A stretch of DNA of 63,961 bases, filler included, from Reticulomyxa filosa (GCA_000512085.1; 24 parts of 24 records of this genome joined end to end with filler, not necessarily neighbours in it), one strand, 5' to 3'; positions 37,063-51,953 are shown, numbered from the whole stretch's first letter. Translations and numbers: made by a program. Notes: generated by a model not told the origin, from the sequence alone.

Positions 37063-40000
37063 TATTTTTTGAACCTATTTTTTGAAAATGACCCAGTTTT
37101 GTTATGTAAATAGAAAATTATCTTTTTTTATTCAGTAAACAACTTGTAGAAAGAGATTTAATAATGTCAATGCTTTTAGCGTGATTAATGAAGCATGTCA
37201 ATAAAAAGTGCTTTATTTTGTGATGATTACATAAGATATATCATGCATATTTTTCATCGGATATTATTAATGCTGACAATTTTTTAACTGTAATGTGTTC
37301 AAGATAATCTGATGGACAAATTCTATTGTGTAGCGCAACTTTTTTCTTTTGTTGAAGTGACAAAAAAAAGACAGTCTAATTTTATCTTTAGTTTTATTCT
37401 ATTAATGAAAAAGAATTATAGATCAAACATTATTTAATATAAGATTGAAAAATATCATACAATTGTTGTCAAACAAATCCAGTTTTTCATAAAGATTGTA
37501 AAATTTGATAACAATCAACATTTAAAAAATTGGCATTCCAATCATATTAATGTTTAATCAGTAAATTGGCTGCTACAAGTGTTATCCATACAACAGATCT
37601 CACAAGACATCATTTGAATTCTGATGTATGATGATTTGAAAAATGTACTTGCTTGGCCAATAAAATAGAAAGATTATACGTTGTTTTTTTTTTTGTTTAC
37701 TACACAAACAAGATTTATTCAAAGAAAATGATAGGACTGGCTATAAATGATTTGCATTACGATGTTGTATATGTACAGTTTTTTAATTCAGAAGTTTTTT
37801 TTGAGAAACATAACAAGAAAACGTCGAACTGAGTATATCCAAATAATATTTGAATGCATCAATTATATTGATAATTGCTTGAGTTTTTGTTGCTGTCTTA
37901 GTGATTTTGGATGATCCTGAACATTTGTAATACACAATTCAAATAAAATTAAATATTTGTATTTCGTGTTCAATTGCTGACTGACAGTTCACAAAAAGAA
38001 ATTTTTTTTATTATGCATTTGAATACATTTGACAAGATCACAAAATGCTATACACTCTGACTTCAAAAGTGAGTTGAGTGCACAATTTCAAATATTATTG
38101 TGCATTGAATTTTTTTTACTTATAAAAATAATGGCTCATCTAGCTCATATATAAATCTAACTCATAATTGTTTCGTTCACAATGGAACGTATACGTTCAA
38201 TCCAAAATAGCAAAGACAAGCAAGAGAGTCACATGAGTGTCATCATAGAAGTGAATTTTATAGTTTATACATTTTAATTGACACTGATCGCTTTGGGAAA
38301 TCATTACAGCACTAACTGATTGCGGATTAATGCTGACATGAAGTGGGTCTTTTTTTTTTTGAACAATAACATTTGCTGTTAAATAAGACGACAGTTTTTT
38401 TGCTTAGTGTACTGCTTGGTATACAGTAACGCCGCTACTCGTGTTATGTCAGCTAACAACCTTTTTTTTTTTTTTGCCTGTTTGCCACGTGGCAGCTTCA
38501 AGACTTTTTTTTAAAAGTGTTGACATTGTGTTTTCAAAAAAAAAATATTTGATCTGTTATTGTAGTTCACAACTTTGTAAAAAATAATCTTTATATTCGA
38601 AATAATTAAGTTTGTGGGTCATTTTTTAGTTTTTTTGAACCTATTTTTTGAAAATGAACCAATTTTTGTTCGTAAAAATAAAAAATTGTTCTTTTGACAA
38701 AATGATGATCAGATAAGCTAATTACTGTGTTATTGATTCACTTTTATTAAAAAGATTATATAATATTATCAATTAAAACAACGTATCACAAAGGGGTAGC
38801 TTAGTTCCAGTTTTTTTATTTTTGTATGTATAATGTTTGTTTGTCTTTGGACAAGAAGGAACAAGCTTGTTGTCTGCTTTCTCGAAAGGAAACTAGTTTA
38901 AAAAAATGTCCATGTTATCAAGTACGTGACCAAAGATATTCATTAATCTAGAAACTGGTTGAAAGTGAATTAATTATCAAAACATATCAAATGCTTTGTC
39001 GCATGTTTGATGCTTTTTTCATCGAAAGACAATCTCTGTGTTATAGTATAAGATGCTACTATATTTGTTGAAGGACAAACAATGAAGCATTTAATTTTTT
39101 TTTGGCTGCAAGAAATAACAAAATAAAACAATTATCATCAATCACTTGTTACTTCATTCGAATCGTTGCTCAAGATGATAAAAGTCAACTCCTGAAAATT
39201 GAATTAATCAAGAAAACAGTAAATTTAGATCACTTATGCGGGAACGAAGTATCTTTATAACGATTTCAATTCAATCAAACTCACTAAATTCCTTGGCAGA
39301 GCACTTTGAATGGAAAATACAAACAAGAAATTAAATTGGATATTCATTTTTAACAAATTTTTAAAAAAAACTTTTAATTCGAATAAATTTCTGCAATGAA
39401 AAAATATTTACAGAAATGAAACATTTCTTTTGGAACATATGTGAAGTAGTAATTACATTTCCTTTTTATTTCAGCTTGTGGTATTTTGATAAAATAATTC
39501 TGCTGTGTAAATGATGTGTTTTTTGATAGGCTACAACATTCATCACAGTGATAGTTTAGTAGCAAAAAAAACTTCTGAATTTGCTGCTGTTGCGCAATTA
39601 TGCATCTGAATGGGAACTTTAAAAATTTTTGTGGACAAAAAGTTTTTTTTTTGCACAAAAGTTTTTGTGTATTTTTTAACTTGGAAAAAAAAATATTTAT
39701 TTGAAGCTCATGTGTTACTCGCCTTCAGCAATAATATTCTCTAGACAAAAATTCTTTGTTTCGGTGCTTTACAAAAAAAAAGGGAAGATAACACTAAAAG
39801 GGTAAAATGGTGCAACGCAGCCAAAAAAACAAAAACAAAAATGACTGACAAACGGATGATACAAATACGACGAAGTTTGCAAACTGGGACATGATAACTT
39901 AGTGAAAAACAAAAAGAAAATGATTGACGTATTGTCGTAATTCTACTACCAGTGAATGCACGTTTGTTTTTTGTTTTTTTGAGAAAGATTAATTTTTCTC

Positions 40001-40330
40001 TATCTGTCCATTAAAAAAATTTGAAATAATTATTTCACTCCCCTCTTTTTTCGTATAATGACGAGTATTTTGGTCCAACTTCACAACAATTGCGCATTTG
40101 ATAGAACAACTATAATCAGTTATTATATCAACTTTCACAGTAACTATTTTATATGTAAAAGTTCAAATGAATATTTCCGAACATTTACTGTATGTCTTTT
40201 TTTTGAATTTGTGGGTCATTTTTTATATTTTTTGAACCTATTTTTTGAAAATGACCCAGTTTTGTTGTGTAAATAGAAATTATCTTGTTTTATTCAGTAA
40301 ACAACTTGTTGAAAGAGCTTTGTTGATGTC
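37063..40330. repeat. Three copies of an AT-rich repeat carrying a GGGTCATTTT..AAAATGACCC hairpin
   Basis: Copies at about 37063-37170 (5' arm cut by the contig start), 38611-38690 and 40208-40335 share TTTTTTGAACCTATTTTTTGAAAATGA. Confidence 0.8.
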
Positions 40331-41166
40331 AATGTTTTCGATATTCAAATATCTTACTAATACATACATTTCACACAAACCGATTAACAAATTGTGCGAG
40401 ACATTGGCACAAAAAAACACATACATCGGCCAATATTTTTGACTGTCAAAAGAAATTTAGTTTATCTATTTTTTGTTTTGTCATTATATCGAATGTTATT
40501 CTTTAAAATATTTTCGTTTTTTTGGACATGTCCAACAGGAGCAACAGTTTTTTGGTTTGAGAAAAGTCGGGCAATTCTGTTACTTTAAGTCTGTGACCAA
40601 AAGTACGTTTATTTATTAAAATGCAATTTTTTGCAACTTTAAAATTTTGTAATTACCCTTTGATCGTGACGTTGTTGATATGGAAAAAAACTGGAAGCGA
40701 TTTGGGAAATGAAATATATATAATTTGTGGTCCAAGTTTTTTTTATGTTAAAAAAAATTTCTTTTTTGACAAGAAAGATTGTTGGCTGAAATTTCATTCC
40801 AATGATAATTACATCTGACTATTTTTTAATAATGATAAATTAGAGAGACATTGTAGTTATTACTGGTGTGTTAACGAGATTTGATGAAAAAATTAAAAAG
40901 GATATGGTAATACAGACTTTATCAACCATGAGAATATCATAAAACTGCACAAGCATTCCTTATTTTTCCGATTCAATGTCTTTCTCTGTTGGTTGGATTT
41001 TGTGGTACGTCGTAGGAGTGACAATATNNNNNNNNNNNNNNNNNNNNNNNNNNNNNNNNNNNNNNNNNNNNTTAATTAATTAANNNNNNNNNNNNNNNNN
41101 NNNNNNNNNNNNNNNNNNNNNNNNNNNTTTTTGCAGAATTTGTGGAACTTGGATTTTTTTGGATTT

Positions 41167-42584
41167 TTTTACCAATATTGGAGAATATGAACACTGATAA
41201 CAATAAATTCCGGTTGTCAGTGTATGCAAAGAAACCAGTCAATCGAAAAAGAAGATTGAATGATGATAATGAAAATAGTGATTTTAATAAACAATCCAAC
41301 ATTCAGCCAAATTATAAAAGGCAAAAAGTTGGATTAAATATACCATTGCTGGAAAAGATTCCTGAAAATGAAAGAAATGAAAATGAAGTGAAAAATGAAC
41401 TGAATGATGAAAAGAAAAATGATGAAATCAATGAAGAAAATGTTTGGAAAAAAAGCAGAAAGATTAGAAGGCAATACTTATGTGTAAATTTCCCAACATT
41501 GGTGATAACACCAGTTAAAGGACGAATGCTGCTATCTGAGTAGTCACTTATTAAGTTTATGGGACTTGATGCAAAGATTATCCGATCAATGCACATACAC
41601 ATTCAGCAAGCTGGAGAACATTATATGTTCATTTGGAAGCAAACTCAAAAATCTATGAGCTGGAAGAAATTTCAAAGACATTAAATGAAATTCATTGCAA
41701 GAATCCCAACAAGAACAACGCAAATGACTGCAGCGATAACATCGATCCACAAATTCTGTTACCAAAATGTAGTATCTTTCAAAAAACATATGTGGAAGAT
41801 ACAAAAAGAAAACGAATTGAAGAATTAAATGATCCAGAGATGAACCGTTATATGTTATTGAAAAATATTAACATAAGAGAATCGGAGCAAGAAATTATTG
41901 ACACTCTGGCAGAATACAAATATAGTGTTAATGAAATTCAGCGTTTCAATGGACTTCCAGTGGCAAAGGTATTAATGTCAACAGCAGAAGACGTGAGGCG
42001 AATTTTGAAAGATGATAACATTTTTATTGGATATAGAAAAGTAAAATGTGAAGTGTTCGATCTATTTCGTCGTCGACCAAGGAAATCCTTTAGGCAATGC
42101 AGGAAATGCCAATGATTGAACCATGTTGCTAGAATGCAACAAGAAACCAATTTGTAAATATTGTGGTAGAATCAATCATACCTCTGAGCAATGCAAATTC
42201 AAGAAATCTCCAACGAAATATCAGTGTGTATTATGCAAGGGTAATCATAGAAGCGATTCATTGATATGTCCAAAAACCCAGGACGTAAGACAAAAACTTG
42301 GAATTGGTGTTGGAAATCATTACAATAATGATAATCAGAGTACAACTGCAACGAAAAGTTACAACAAACAACCACAGTCGAATATTGGTCATGAAAGCGA
42401 CGACATTTCTTCTCTTCGTACTGAAGTTGAAAGCTTAAAAATTACAATTGCAAGACTAAATTCATTCATGGAGAAAGTAATGCCATTGCTGGACAGTGGT
42501 TGGAACAATGGAGTCAAAAATGCATCGAACAACATATCCTCTAATTCAAATGAAACAACGGACGACAACATAAAGGAATTGTGA
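41167..42584 (+). mobile_element. Non-LTR retrotransposon (LINE) ORF1, gag-like with three CCHC zinc knuckles, disrupted
   Basis: QCRKCQ*LNH..EC, CKYCGRINHTSEQC and CVLCKGNHRSDSLIC, followed by a coiled coil. Stop at 42113-42115 and frameshifts. Confidence 0.8.
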
Positions 42585-42748
42585 GCCAATTAAAAATCTA
42601 TCAAAACAACATTAATGGCTTCTATTCGAAATCACAGTCATTAGAACAAAATTTTTCTCATTCACAACCGCATGTCTGTTTGCTTCAAGAATGTTTCCGT
42701 TCAGAGAAGCAAAACACAGACTACCAGTTCCAATATTTATATAATCAA
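42581..42748 (+). mobile_element. LINE ORF2 start (APE-type endonuclease N-terminus), truncated by contig end
   Basis: LKIYQNNINGF ... PHVCLLQE are the first two APE endonuclease motifs. The start overlaps the ORF1 stop (GTGA). Confidence 0.8.
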
Positions 42749-42899
42749 NNNNNNNNNNNNNNNNNNNNNNNNNNNNNNNNNNNNNNNNNNNNTTAATTAA
42801 TTAANNNNNNNNNNNNNNNNNNNNNNNNNNNNNNNNNNNNNNNNNNNNTTTTTTTTTTTTTTTTTTCAAAAAATAAAATAAAAAAAAGGGGGGGAGGCA

Positions 42900-43120
42900 A
42901 AAACACGACAACAACGCAAACAAATCAAAGAATGGCAACCGGCAAAAGTTGGCGACAAATTTGGACCAAGTTGGTCGACACATTGGTTTAAACTGGAATG
43001 CGTGATTCCGGAACAATGGAAGAATAAAGTATTGAGTTTTTTGTTTTTTTTTATTATTGAAGAGAAGAGAGGAGGGGGGGGGGGGGGTGAATTATAGTAA
43101 GGACTAGTTTGCTCATTCGT

Positions 43121-43155
<35 letters not shown>

Positions 43156-44382
43156 CACACACACGCACAATTGGCAATTGTCGAACATAGGAAGTGCACT
43201 TGCGATGGAACAGCACCAGCGAAGCCACATTGTGGACGGAACACGGCGTGTGTTTGCAAGGCTTTGCCGGCGGGACGGATCAATTGAGAACCCATTATGT
43301 GTTCGCTGCCAACACGCATTGGCCGCTCACTGTATTTGTCGAAATGGCTTGCAATCAGTTTTTTTTTGACACTTTAGCGCAAATAAAAATATATATGTAT
43401 ATATACACATATATACATATATAATAAATAAAATTAATAAAATAAAAGAGAAAACAACAAATTTACAATAACGTCAATAATGTGAGTATAATATTAATAT
43501 GATATATGTATACATATACATATGTATGTATATATATGTATATATATATATATAATACACAGTCCATTTGGATGTGGAGACGCATTGATCGGTCCTCCTG
43601 ATCGTACGCGCACGTTCGAGTTGACGGAATGCTGTCTTGGACTGTTTAATCGCGGGGCGTGGGACTTGGTGTGGGATGTGCGCATGCTGTTTGACATTCA
43701 ACAGGTTTGTTTATTTCTTGGTGTTGTGATAGAACACGTGTATTTTTTATTTTTTTATTTATTTTTTTTTTTTGAGTGTTTGCTTGCACAAATAGACATT
43801 GCCTCGAAAGAGCTTGAAGTCATTGCAGGCATTACGCGTGGCCAATGAAATTGCAAACACAATCGACCCACTCGACGCGTCCACCTACGCAAAAGGCCGG
43901 GACCTTGCAAAGCAGATTTTTGGACAGCGCAATAGTCAATCTCAATTCGAAGTGTTTGCTGTTGGACATTGTCACATTGACACTGGTATTACCCTTTTTT
44001 TTTTTTTTTTTTGTCAGTATCACATATATATATATATATATATGTATACATACATATGTATGTATATGTATATAGCGTGGTTGTGGCCTTATGCTGAAAC
44101 TCGCAGAAAGATAATCCGCTCGTGGGCAAGTCAGATCAAGCTGATTGAAATGTATCCGCAATACCACTTTGTTGCTTCACAAGTTGTGTTGGACGACACA
44201 TTGTAAACCAAAGCCAATGTGTCTTTACATCTTTCTTTTTTGCTGTTGCTGTTGTCCATTAGGCTCAACAATACGAATGGCTACTTCAAGACTGTCCAGA
44301 GCTGTTCGAGCGCTTGAAAGGCACTGTCAACCGTGGCAAAGGCAACTTTCATGCTATCGGAGGCACTTGGGTCGAAATGGAT
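42900..44382 (+). CDS. MAN2C1: GH38 cytosolic/vacuolar alpha-mannosidase (Ams1/MAN2C1), internal fragment
   Basis: [25 protein letters not shown]|[22 protein letters not shown]|AQQYEWL and IGGTWVEMD over several exons. Confidence 0.93.
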
Positions 44383-44569
44383 GGTACAATATATATANNN
44401 NNNNNNNNNNNNNNNNNNNNNNNNNNNNNNNNNNNNNNNNNTTAATTAATTAANNNNNNNNNNNNNNNNNNNNNNNNNNNNNNNNNNNNNNNNNNNNATG
44501 CGAATTTCTTTTTTTACCATTAAAAAAAAAAAATATATATATATATATGTATATGTATATATAAAAGTT

Positions 44570-46190
44570 AGTTGAACCATTTTTTCTTTGTTTTTTTGTA
44601 AATTGCATTCGCTCTTCGTTGAGCACTTGTTGCAAATTTTCAATTCTCGATTTCAGCAGTGTCACCTCCTCTTCCAACGGCCGCAGCTTCAACAGCTCCT
44701 CTTTGTAGCCCTTGCATTTGTCTTCCAGTGCTTGGCTGGTCCGTTTGTATTTCATATATATTTGATACAAGTTTTCTCTTCCTTTGTCTGCTTTTTCAAG
44801 TTCTTCCGTCCATTTCTTTTTTTTTTTTTTTTTTACATTTATCGCATACATACACATACATATATGTATACATATATATATATATATATATATATATGTG
44901 TATACGTATTGTTATTTGTAGATAATTGTATATATACATATATGTATATGTATATATAAAACTTGATTGAGATCGATGTTTCCATTTGTTTGCGTATATT
45001 TTTGATCATTGTGTGGACTTGGTTCCATAGACTTGGTGTGGCCATGTCTCGCGGACATAATTTCCCGAAGCATGGCTTGCAACAGATGCCTCAGTTGAAA
45101 GATGATCCCAGGCAAGGCATAGTCATTGTTTCGACGTGTTCTGAGCTGTCGCGATGACGTCGATGGGTTTGCAGTCGTCGTTGTCGAATGTGGTGCTTTG
45201 ACTACCTCATGATGGGCACAGTCAAACAGCGGGAACGTATGGCTTTGTTCCACATATTGCAGCATCCAGTTCAAGCTGGATCCTTGCGGCTTCGTTCCGC
45301 TTGTCGAAGCAAGAGCAGCAATAGCGGTATGATCGTCTCTTCGTTGTGGCAATGAAGAAGACGGGGAGTGGAAGACACGAGAGGAGTTTTCATACAAGTC
45401 CATGAGCACGCTCAACACATAGCCGTAGTAGCATTTCACATCGTCTGCGTACGAGTGAATGTCATTATGCATGTCCTTCACCTTGTTCTCGAGCGTCACG
45501 TGTTGGTGCTTTTGCTCTTTCAGTTGCATCGACAACTCATCCATTTCTTTGTCGTGATTTTCTATTCGTGTCTGTTGTTCGTGCAACTCTTCATCCTTGC
45601 TTAAAAGTTCTTGTTTCAACAAATTCACGTCTCCTTTTTTTTATCATATATTATAGAAAATAATGTGTTATCATTTATGTACTCTTAAAAAAAAAAAAAA
45701 AAAAAACAAACAATGTCATACATATGCATATATATTAATAACGGAACTAGTTTGCTCAGTCATGTCTTGAATATTGTAAGCCAATTGCGAATTGATTTCG
45801 GTCAACTCTTCAATCTGCTCCCACAAATGCACCCTGTCGTTTTTCAGATGCTCGACCAACTGACGGTATCCATAGTGCTTGGCTTTCATCCGACTCAATT
45901 CCAAACTTATCAATTCCAAATCCGTCATATCCTCGTCTAACTCGTCGCCACTGTCGTCGTTGTTCAAAGGCTTGTTATTGGTTCCTTCTATCACTGACGA
46001 CTCGTCCTCCATTATCTCCATATCCGAATACCTCTCGTTGTCGTAGTAAATGTCCATTTCCTCATATTTCTGCACCATCCCATTGCCACTATCGTCGACT
46101 ATTGATTCTTTCATTTCCAAGTCGCTTTCAATCTCTTCCTCGTTTTTATTATTAATGTTATTATTATTATTATTATTATTATTATCATTA
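44570..46190 (-). CDS. Hypothetical coiled-coil protein, multi-exon, partial
   Basis: E/K/Q/L-rich heptad ORFs at 45716-46120, 44912-45628 and 44570-44815 separated by TA-rich introns. Confidence 0.55.
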
Positions 46191-46292
46191 TTNNNNNNNN
46201 NNNNNNNNNNNNNNNNNNNNNNNNNNNNNNNNNNNNTTAATTAATTAANNNNNNNNNNNNNNNNNNNNNNNNNNNNNNNNNNNNNNNNNNNN

Positions 46293-46999
46293 CATATGAT
46301 CCAGAACACAAATATCTACCACCATTAAATGATGAAAATTCAATACCAACAACACCATAAGTGTGTCCATTGAATACTTGCAATTGTTTATTATGTTTGA
46401 AATCCCAAAACGGATGGTTTTGTCAAATGATGAAGAGCAAATGACATTTTGATGATTATTATGATAATGATATGATGAAAATTTCACACAATATACATAA
46501 TTTGAATGTTCATTGAATGATTGAATTTGTTTGTTGTTAACAACATCCCATACGCGAACCGTTTTATCAGATGATCCAGAACAAATCAATTGAGAATCAT
46601 CAAATATTGAATAATCAATACTATATACCACACGAGTATGTCCAGTGAATGTATTGATTAATTTGGCTGATGAACAAAATGTGTCAAACATGAAGGCAGT
46701 AGATATCTATATCAAATAAATATTTGAATATTTTAATTGGTATTTTGAAAAAATGAAAGGATAAATGAACTAACATAATTGACAACAAGTTTGTCAAACT
46801 CATTAATCCATCCTAATTTAATTTCCAATATTCGAATCCAATGTTGTACAATTACTTGAATTTTTTCTTCTTCAGACTGTTTGAATCACAAATTAAATAC
46901 GATAAACGAAAAAAAGGCACAGACTTTCTGAAAGTTTGTAATAAAGCTTACCAACGCTAGTTGTGTTGAAGTTCGCTTTTCATTGCCAAGAGTTGTCAT
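46293..46999 (-). pseudogene. WD40-repeat protein (expanded family), frameshifted and truncated
   Basis: LINTFTGH...ICSGSSDKTVRVWD and ICSSSFDKTIRF(W)D. A 1-nt deletion near 46408 shifts the frame. Upstream exons MTTLGNEK and IQVIVQHWIRILEIKLGWINEFDKLV. Confidence 0.85.
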
Positions 47000-49134
47000 T
47001 TTTTTTTTAAGATGTAAAATGGAAGATATTGAGCTTTTTTCCTCTCAAGGGCAATGAAAGTTTTCAAAAATATTTTGGAAACATGAAAAACAAGATTTTA
47101 ACAATATATTTGATTTTTTTCAATAAAGATAAAAAATTTTTAAAAGAGCTTGTCCAAAACTGAGCGTGTACATACGTCACAAGTTTATTTTTTTAAATAG
47201 TTTTAAAGAATGTTTGATAACAAAAAAGGAACTTGATATTGAATAAAAGGTGACTTTTATAAACTTTGAATGCGCTTATTTCTTGTTTTTAAATTGAACA
47301 TTGCTTTGCTAAGCTTGAAGAATAAAAATTTGAATATCGGCTTTGAAGCATTGAAACTGTGTTAGCATACATTCCATAAATCACATAAATTATATGTTTT
47401 CATAAATTAATTTAAAATAGCAAATAGTTTTAGATGCGACAATTTGTAAGTAGAGATCTTTGCAAAGAGGATTTTTGCTATATTAACATGATTAAAATGT
47501 ACAGCCTTTGTATCAATTCCATCCTTGGAATAACTTCCTCTTTAATGCATACACAATATTGCCAAACAACTCGATGTATCCACAAATATGTTTTTAACAT
47601 ACAGGGCGGACTTAGACGTAAGTGTATTCGAGTGAATCGATTCGTTTGGCAAACAACCTCCTGCTGCGCACATATGGACCCACTCATTGTGCCTCAGCTG
47701 CACATTACACTCACTTCGTCGATTAAATCTTTCTGCCTTCACAAAACAATAATTTCAAATAGCAGTCCTTCTGGAACACGTATAAAGAGAACAAGCGCAT
47801 TTACAAGTACTTAGCGGTATGAAATATGGAGTATTTTCACATATTCAGAGGCTACGAAACTTGCTTTTGTTTAAAATCGTTATGGTCCTATTTTTTCTAT
47901 AATCTTTTTTTTTGGGAGATTTTTTTTATCTACTAGCCTTTTATGTGAGCAGGCTGTGACTAATTTGAAAAGAAATCTGAAATGAAGAAAACACCAACTT
48001 TTTTTTGCATTGAGCTAAGGTGAAATGTACATGAAACAAAGTACAACAAATTTCATTTCCTAATTGATTCGGCATTTCTATAAATCGTTTGCCATAAACT
48101 TTTTTTTGTTTCCATCTTAAAGTGGCTTTATTGCTCATTTGATGTCATTTCGTTTGAGTGTCCAGTAGGAATGGAGAGGGGGCAAACGGAAGAAAAAATA
48201 TTGAGTGAAGAACTTTGGTTATTTTGTGGCAGTATGAAAGCGTCGTTGGTGTTGATGGCATTGCATGTATTAAATGCATTCTTAGTGGTATCAAGTGCAA
48301 CTAATGTGATATTCAATTTAAGCAAGGACTTAACGAACGGACAAACACATTCAAATTATCACAACAATATGATCATATTTGTAACGTTATGGAACACATT
48401 ATCAAAAAATTTGGGCCATATTATATAAATAAACAAATATTTTGATGCAGTTGTATATTGATGTAAAGAAATTGTGATACACCCTATTGTAAATTAATAT
48501 CGATATGAACAAACTATACAAATTTTCAAGTTATTTGAAACTGTTGCAGAATATTGAAATACACAAATTCAATTAAATATTCAATTTAAAATAAACTACA
48601 AAAAATTAAGATATCAATCATTGATGATCAAAAAAAAAAAGAAAGTGAAAGAAAGCAAAAAAATAAAAATGAAAACAACAATGCAAATGTCTGCACAATC
48701 TTCACCGTCTAATTTTTTTTTGCATCATCATCACTTGTGTACATATTTGCACATTGCTCTGCTCATGTCAACAATAATTTTGTGGTAGGGTTATGCACTT
48801 CATTGGCTATTTTGTTTTGTATTAATCAATATGATATTAGTATATCATATAGAAAAAAAGGAAATAAAGAGTATATAAAACACACATTACTTAACATTAA
48901 ATCTCAACACTTTGAAAAAAACAAATACTGAAATTAATTGGCGACTGACTAAAGCATTGTTCAATATTTACAGTTGATATAAATAGTTGAACGTTGCTTG
49001 TTTCACTTGTATATATTCCTACTAAAGACACGAACATGTAATACTTTATTGTAATGACTTGTAGATTCCTTGAACATATCAAATATCACAAATTTTATGC
49101 AATTGTGAAATGTATTGCACGTCCATATCTTTTG

Positions 49135-51380
49135 TTATTTCGTCAATACTACACAATATTTATTCAGCAAGAATTGAAGCTCCATTTCTATTTTAATCTT
49201 TGTAGAAGCTTCAATGTTTGAGCTAATAAGCTGTTTCGATTCGACCCAATGGACGGACTCTTCCAGCATTTGAGTGATTACAAATACAGGGACATCACTG
49301 GAAAAGGCGTGGCTTGATGACGAAGAAACAGAAGGAGAGGTATCCAAGGCTTGATCGGAAGGAGGGAGGATTTGTATTAATAGATGATTGTGGCTTCAAC
49401 GCAATCATGAATAGTTGATGAATAAGAGCTTCATTGTTTGCAATGGCATTGGAAAAGGATGGAGGATAGTCATGTAAAAAGTGATCCGTCTGTGATATGT
49501 TAGAAGACGCATCATTGGAGTCAGCAAGTCGATACACATAACCCAAGTCATTGACACCAATTTTTCCAACGATCGGCAATTTGTCAGTATGTTTGGTTTG
49601 GACGTTGCAGGATTTACTTCTGTTTCTTTCAAGACAATGTAACGGCCGTCCAAACTCAAGCGCATGCACTTTGTCTGTTTGTCCAATTCAATAATATCAG
49701 GTTTCGACAACGTATTTTTTTTTTTTTTTTTGAAACGAGCATACGAGACCCATGCAAGATGATAAAGGCACTATTGACCAGTACCGCAATTCTGTCATTT
49801 TGTATTTGACAGCAAGTTCCAGACAATTGTTGGCAACATGTCTTTGAAGTTGATTCCATTCTTGGACAAGCTTCGTCATTATTCGAGCTTTATCTTTGCT
49901 TGCTTTGCTGTCAATATCTGCATGTGTTCATATTCACTGGGAAAATGGTGTATCTCATTAAAGCAATACCACAAATCCTGAGTCCAATCATTTTCCAAAA
50001 TGCGCAAAATCCACACAACATGGGCTGTGTGGTCGCCGTCCAACATTTATATTTGGCCAATATATGCCAATGGCACTCCAATTAATCCAATTTCAAGCAA
50101 AAAAACACAGAACGACTATAGATGGTCATTTGATACAAAAGATTGAGTACCTTGCTAACTTCATTTGATTCGTGTTTCAGCAGAACACACAGTAGTTCTT
50201 TTCCTTTTGATCGACTCAATTGAAAGGCATAATACTCGCCATCATGGTTGGGTCAATCATGAAACATCTGCTGTTCCAAGTACTCGTCAATGTTAATCTT
50301 GGTCCAAACTTCGTTCGCCCTGTCAATCATCGCGCTGACCACCCCATCTTCGGACTTGAATTCTGAGTCCATTTTCAACTTTGACTCATATTCGGGCCAC
50401 ATATCTAAAGACTCTTTTTTTTGGGATGCCTTGTTTATGTTGACGTTTACTTTGTCCTTTGGCAAAGACGCTGTTTTGTTTCTGTCTCTGTGATATCCAC
50501 CTGTGTTGATAAATGCTAAGTCTTTGATGAATCTTTAAACACGCAATGCGCTCCATTATTTGACCACAGCTGCATACAGACAATAATCCTTCAACAGCGC
50601 ATATATATATTTTCATTGTGCATGTGTGGAAATAAATTATTCAACAAGCACCAAATTTCGCTCAATAGCATCTGCACTTCGCTGCCATTGGGATTGCGAT
50701 TGCTATTTTCATTGCGTCCACGACTCCGACGTATTTTTGCAGAGCCACAGTGATGACCGCCCAAGACATGATTCTCCCAATACAATAGTTGTTGGTACAC
50801 AAAATTCGCAAGACGGCCGTACATAGCTTGGTTATCTGCGATGCTCTGTCTATGTTGTTTGTATTGTTTGTTCGCGTTATATTCGGTTTGTTCGCAGTAC
50901 GAAGTGACGAGTTTGTACAATGTTCACCTTTCCATCTTCTTTCTCATTTTCCTCAATATCAAAACATTCACAGTGACAAAAGCTTTCTATTGTTATGGAG
51001 TTTGTTTTGTTGCCTTTTTCTGATTGCTTCTTCAATAACATTACTGGGACCTGGCTGCTGGTTGTTTGGTTGTGGTGAAATTGGCTGGAAGAGATATGTT
51101 ATTGTTGCTTGGGTTATTTTCATTACCCTGTTCAATTGGAATTTTGAGAGATGGGTCATTGCTCTTTGGTAATAGTATCAGCACTGACTCTTTTTTTTTT
51201 TGATGCTTTTGCAGTTGCACTTTCAGTTCCCCTATTCATGCGGCTGCCCATAATTCCTTGTTTCGCTTTGGCTCATGCATTCAACAATTTTCTCACACAT
51301 GCGTTCTTTCCACTACCACTATACTGTTCACTTGATCTATTTTTTTTTCATATGTTTTTTTGTAAGTATATCTTTATTTG
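49135..51380 (-). pseudogene. Long disrupted hypothetical gene downstream of element copy C
   Basis: About 2.2 kb of coding-like sequence broken into many short ORFs by stops and frameshifts. Confidence 0.4.
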
Positions 51381-51953
51381 GTTTTTAAAAAAAGCACACA
51401 AAGAACAAAAAAATTACTTAACTAGTACTGATATCCCGCGCGGGACATAATCATTTCAAATATTAAAAAATTCAAATTCAAACAATAATTTTATTCTTTT
51501 CTTTTTTTTTTCTTTTATTTATTTATTTTTCCTTGTGCATATTCTTTTTTTTTATTTTTTCAATACTTTTTTCTTTTTTTAATTTCCTTTTTCCTTTTTT
51601 TTTTGTTACGTCTTTTTTTTTTATTTATTATTACATTTTTTTTATTAATTTCTCTTTTTTCTTCCAACTTTTTTCTTTTTTTCTTTTTTATCCACATTAA
51701 TAATTTTCCCCCTTTTTCTCCAACATCCCTTTAAAAAGATACATACCATCTGGCACTTTTCTTGATGACTGGACATCTATACATGCAAACAAACAAAGTT
51801 ATATTTATAATTTTTAAAGAAAAAAATATATTTATACCTGTGACAAGAAGAACAATTTCCACTTTCATTTTCTTTTTTTACTGTGGAAAAGCACTTTAAA
51901 ATTATTTTTTTTGATGGCAAACAAATAGAAATATATATATATTTTCTTTGGTT

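Noticed and set aside
47542-47742. AERFNR...W...NESIHS resembling an LTR-retrotransposon integrase core
   Set aside because: No upstream D,D motifs or other pol domains are visible, so it is too weak to call without a profile search.
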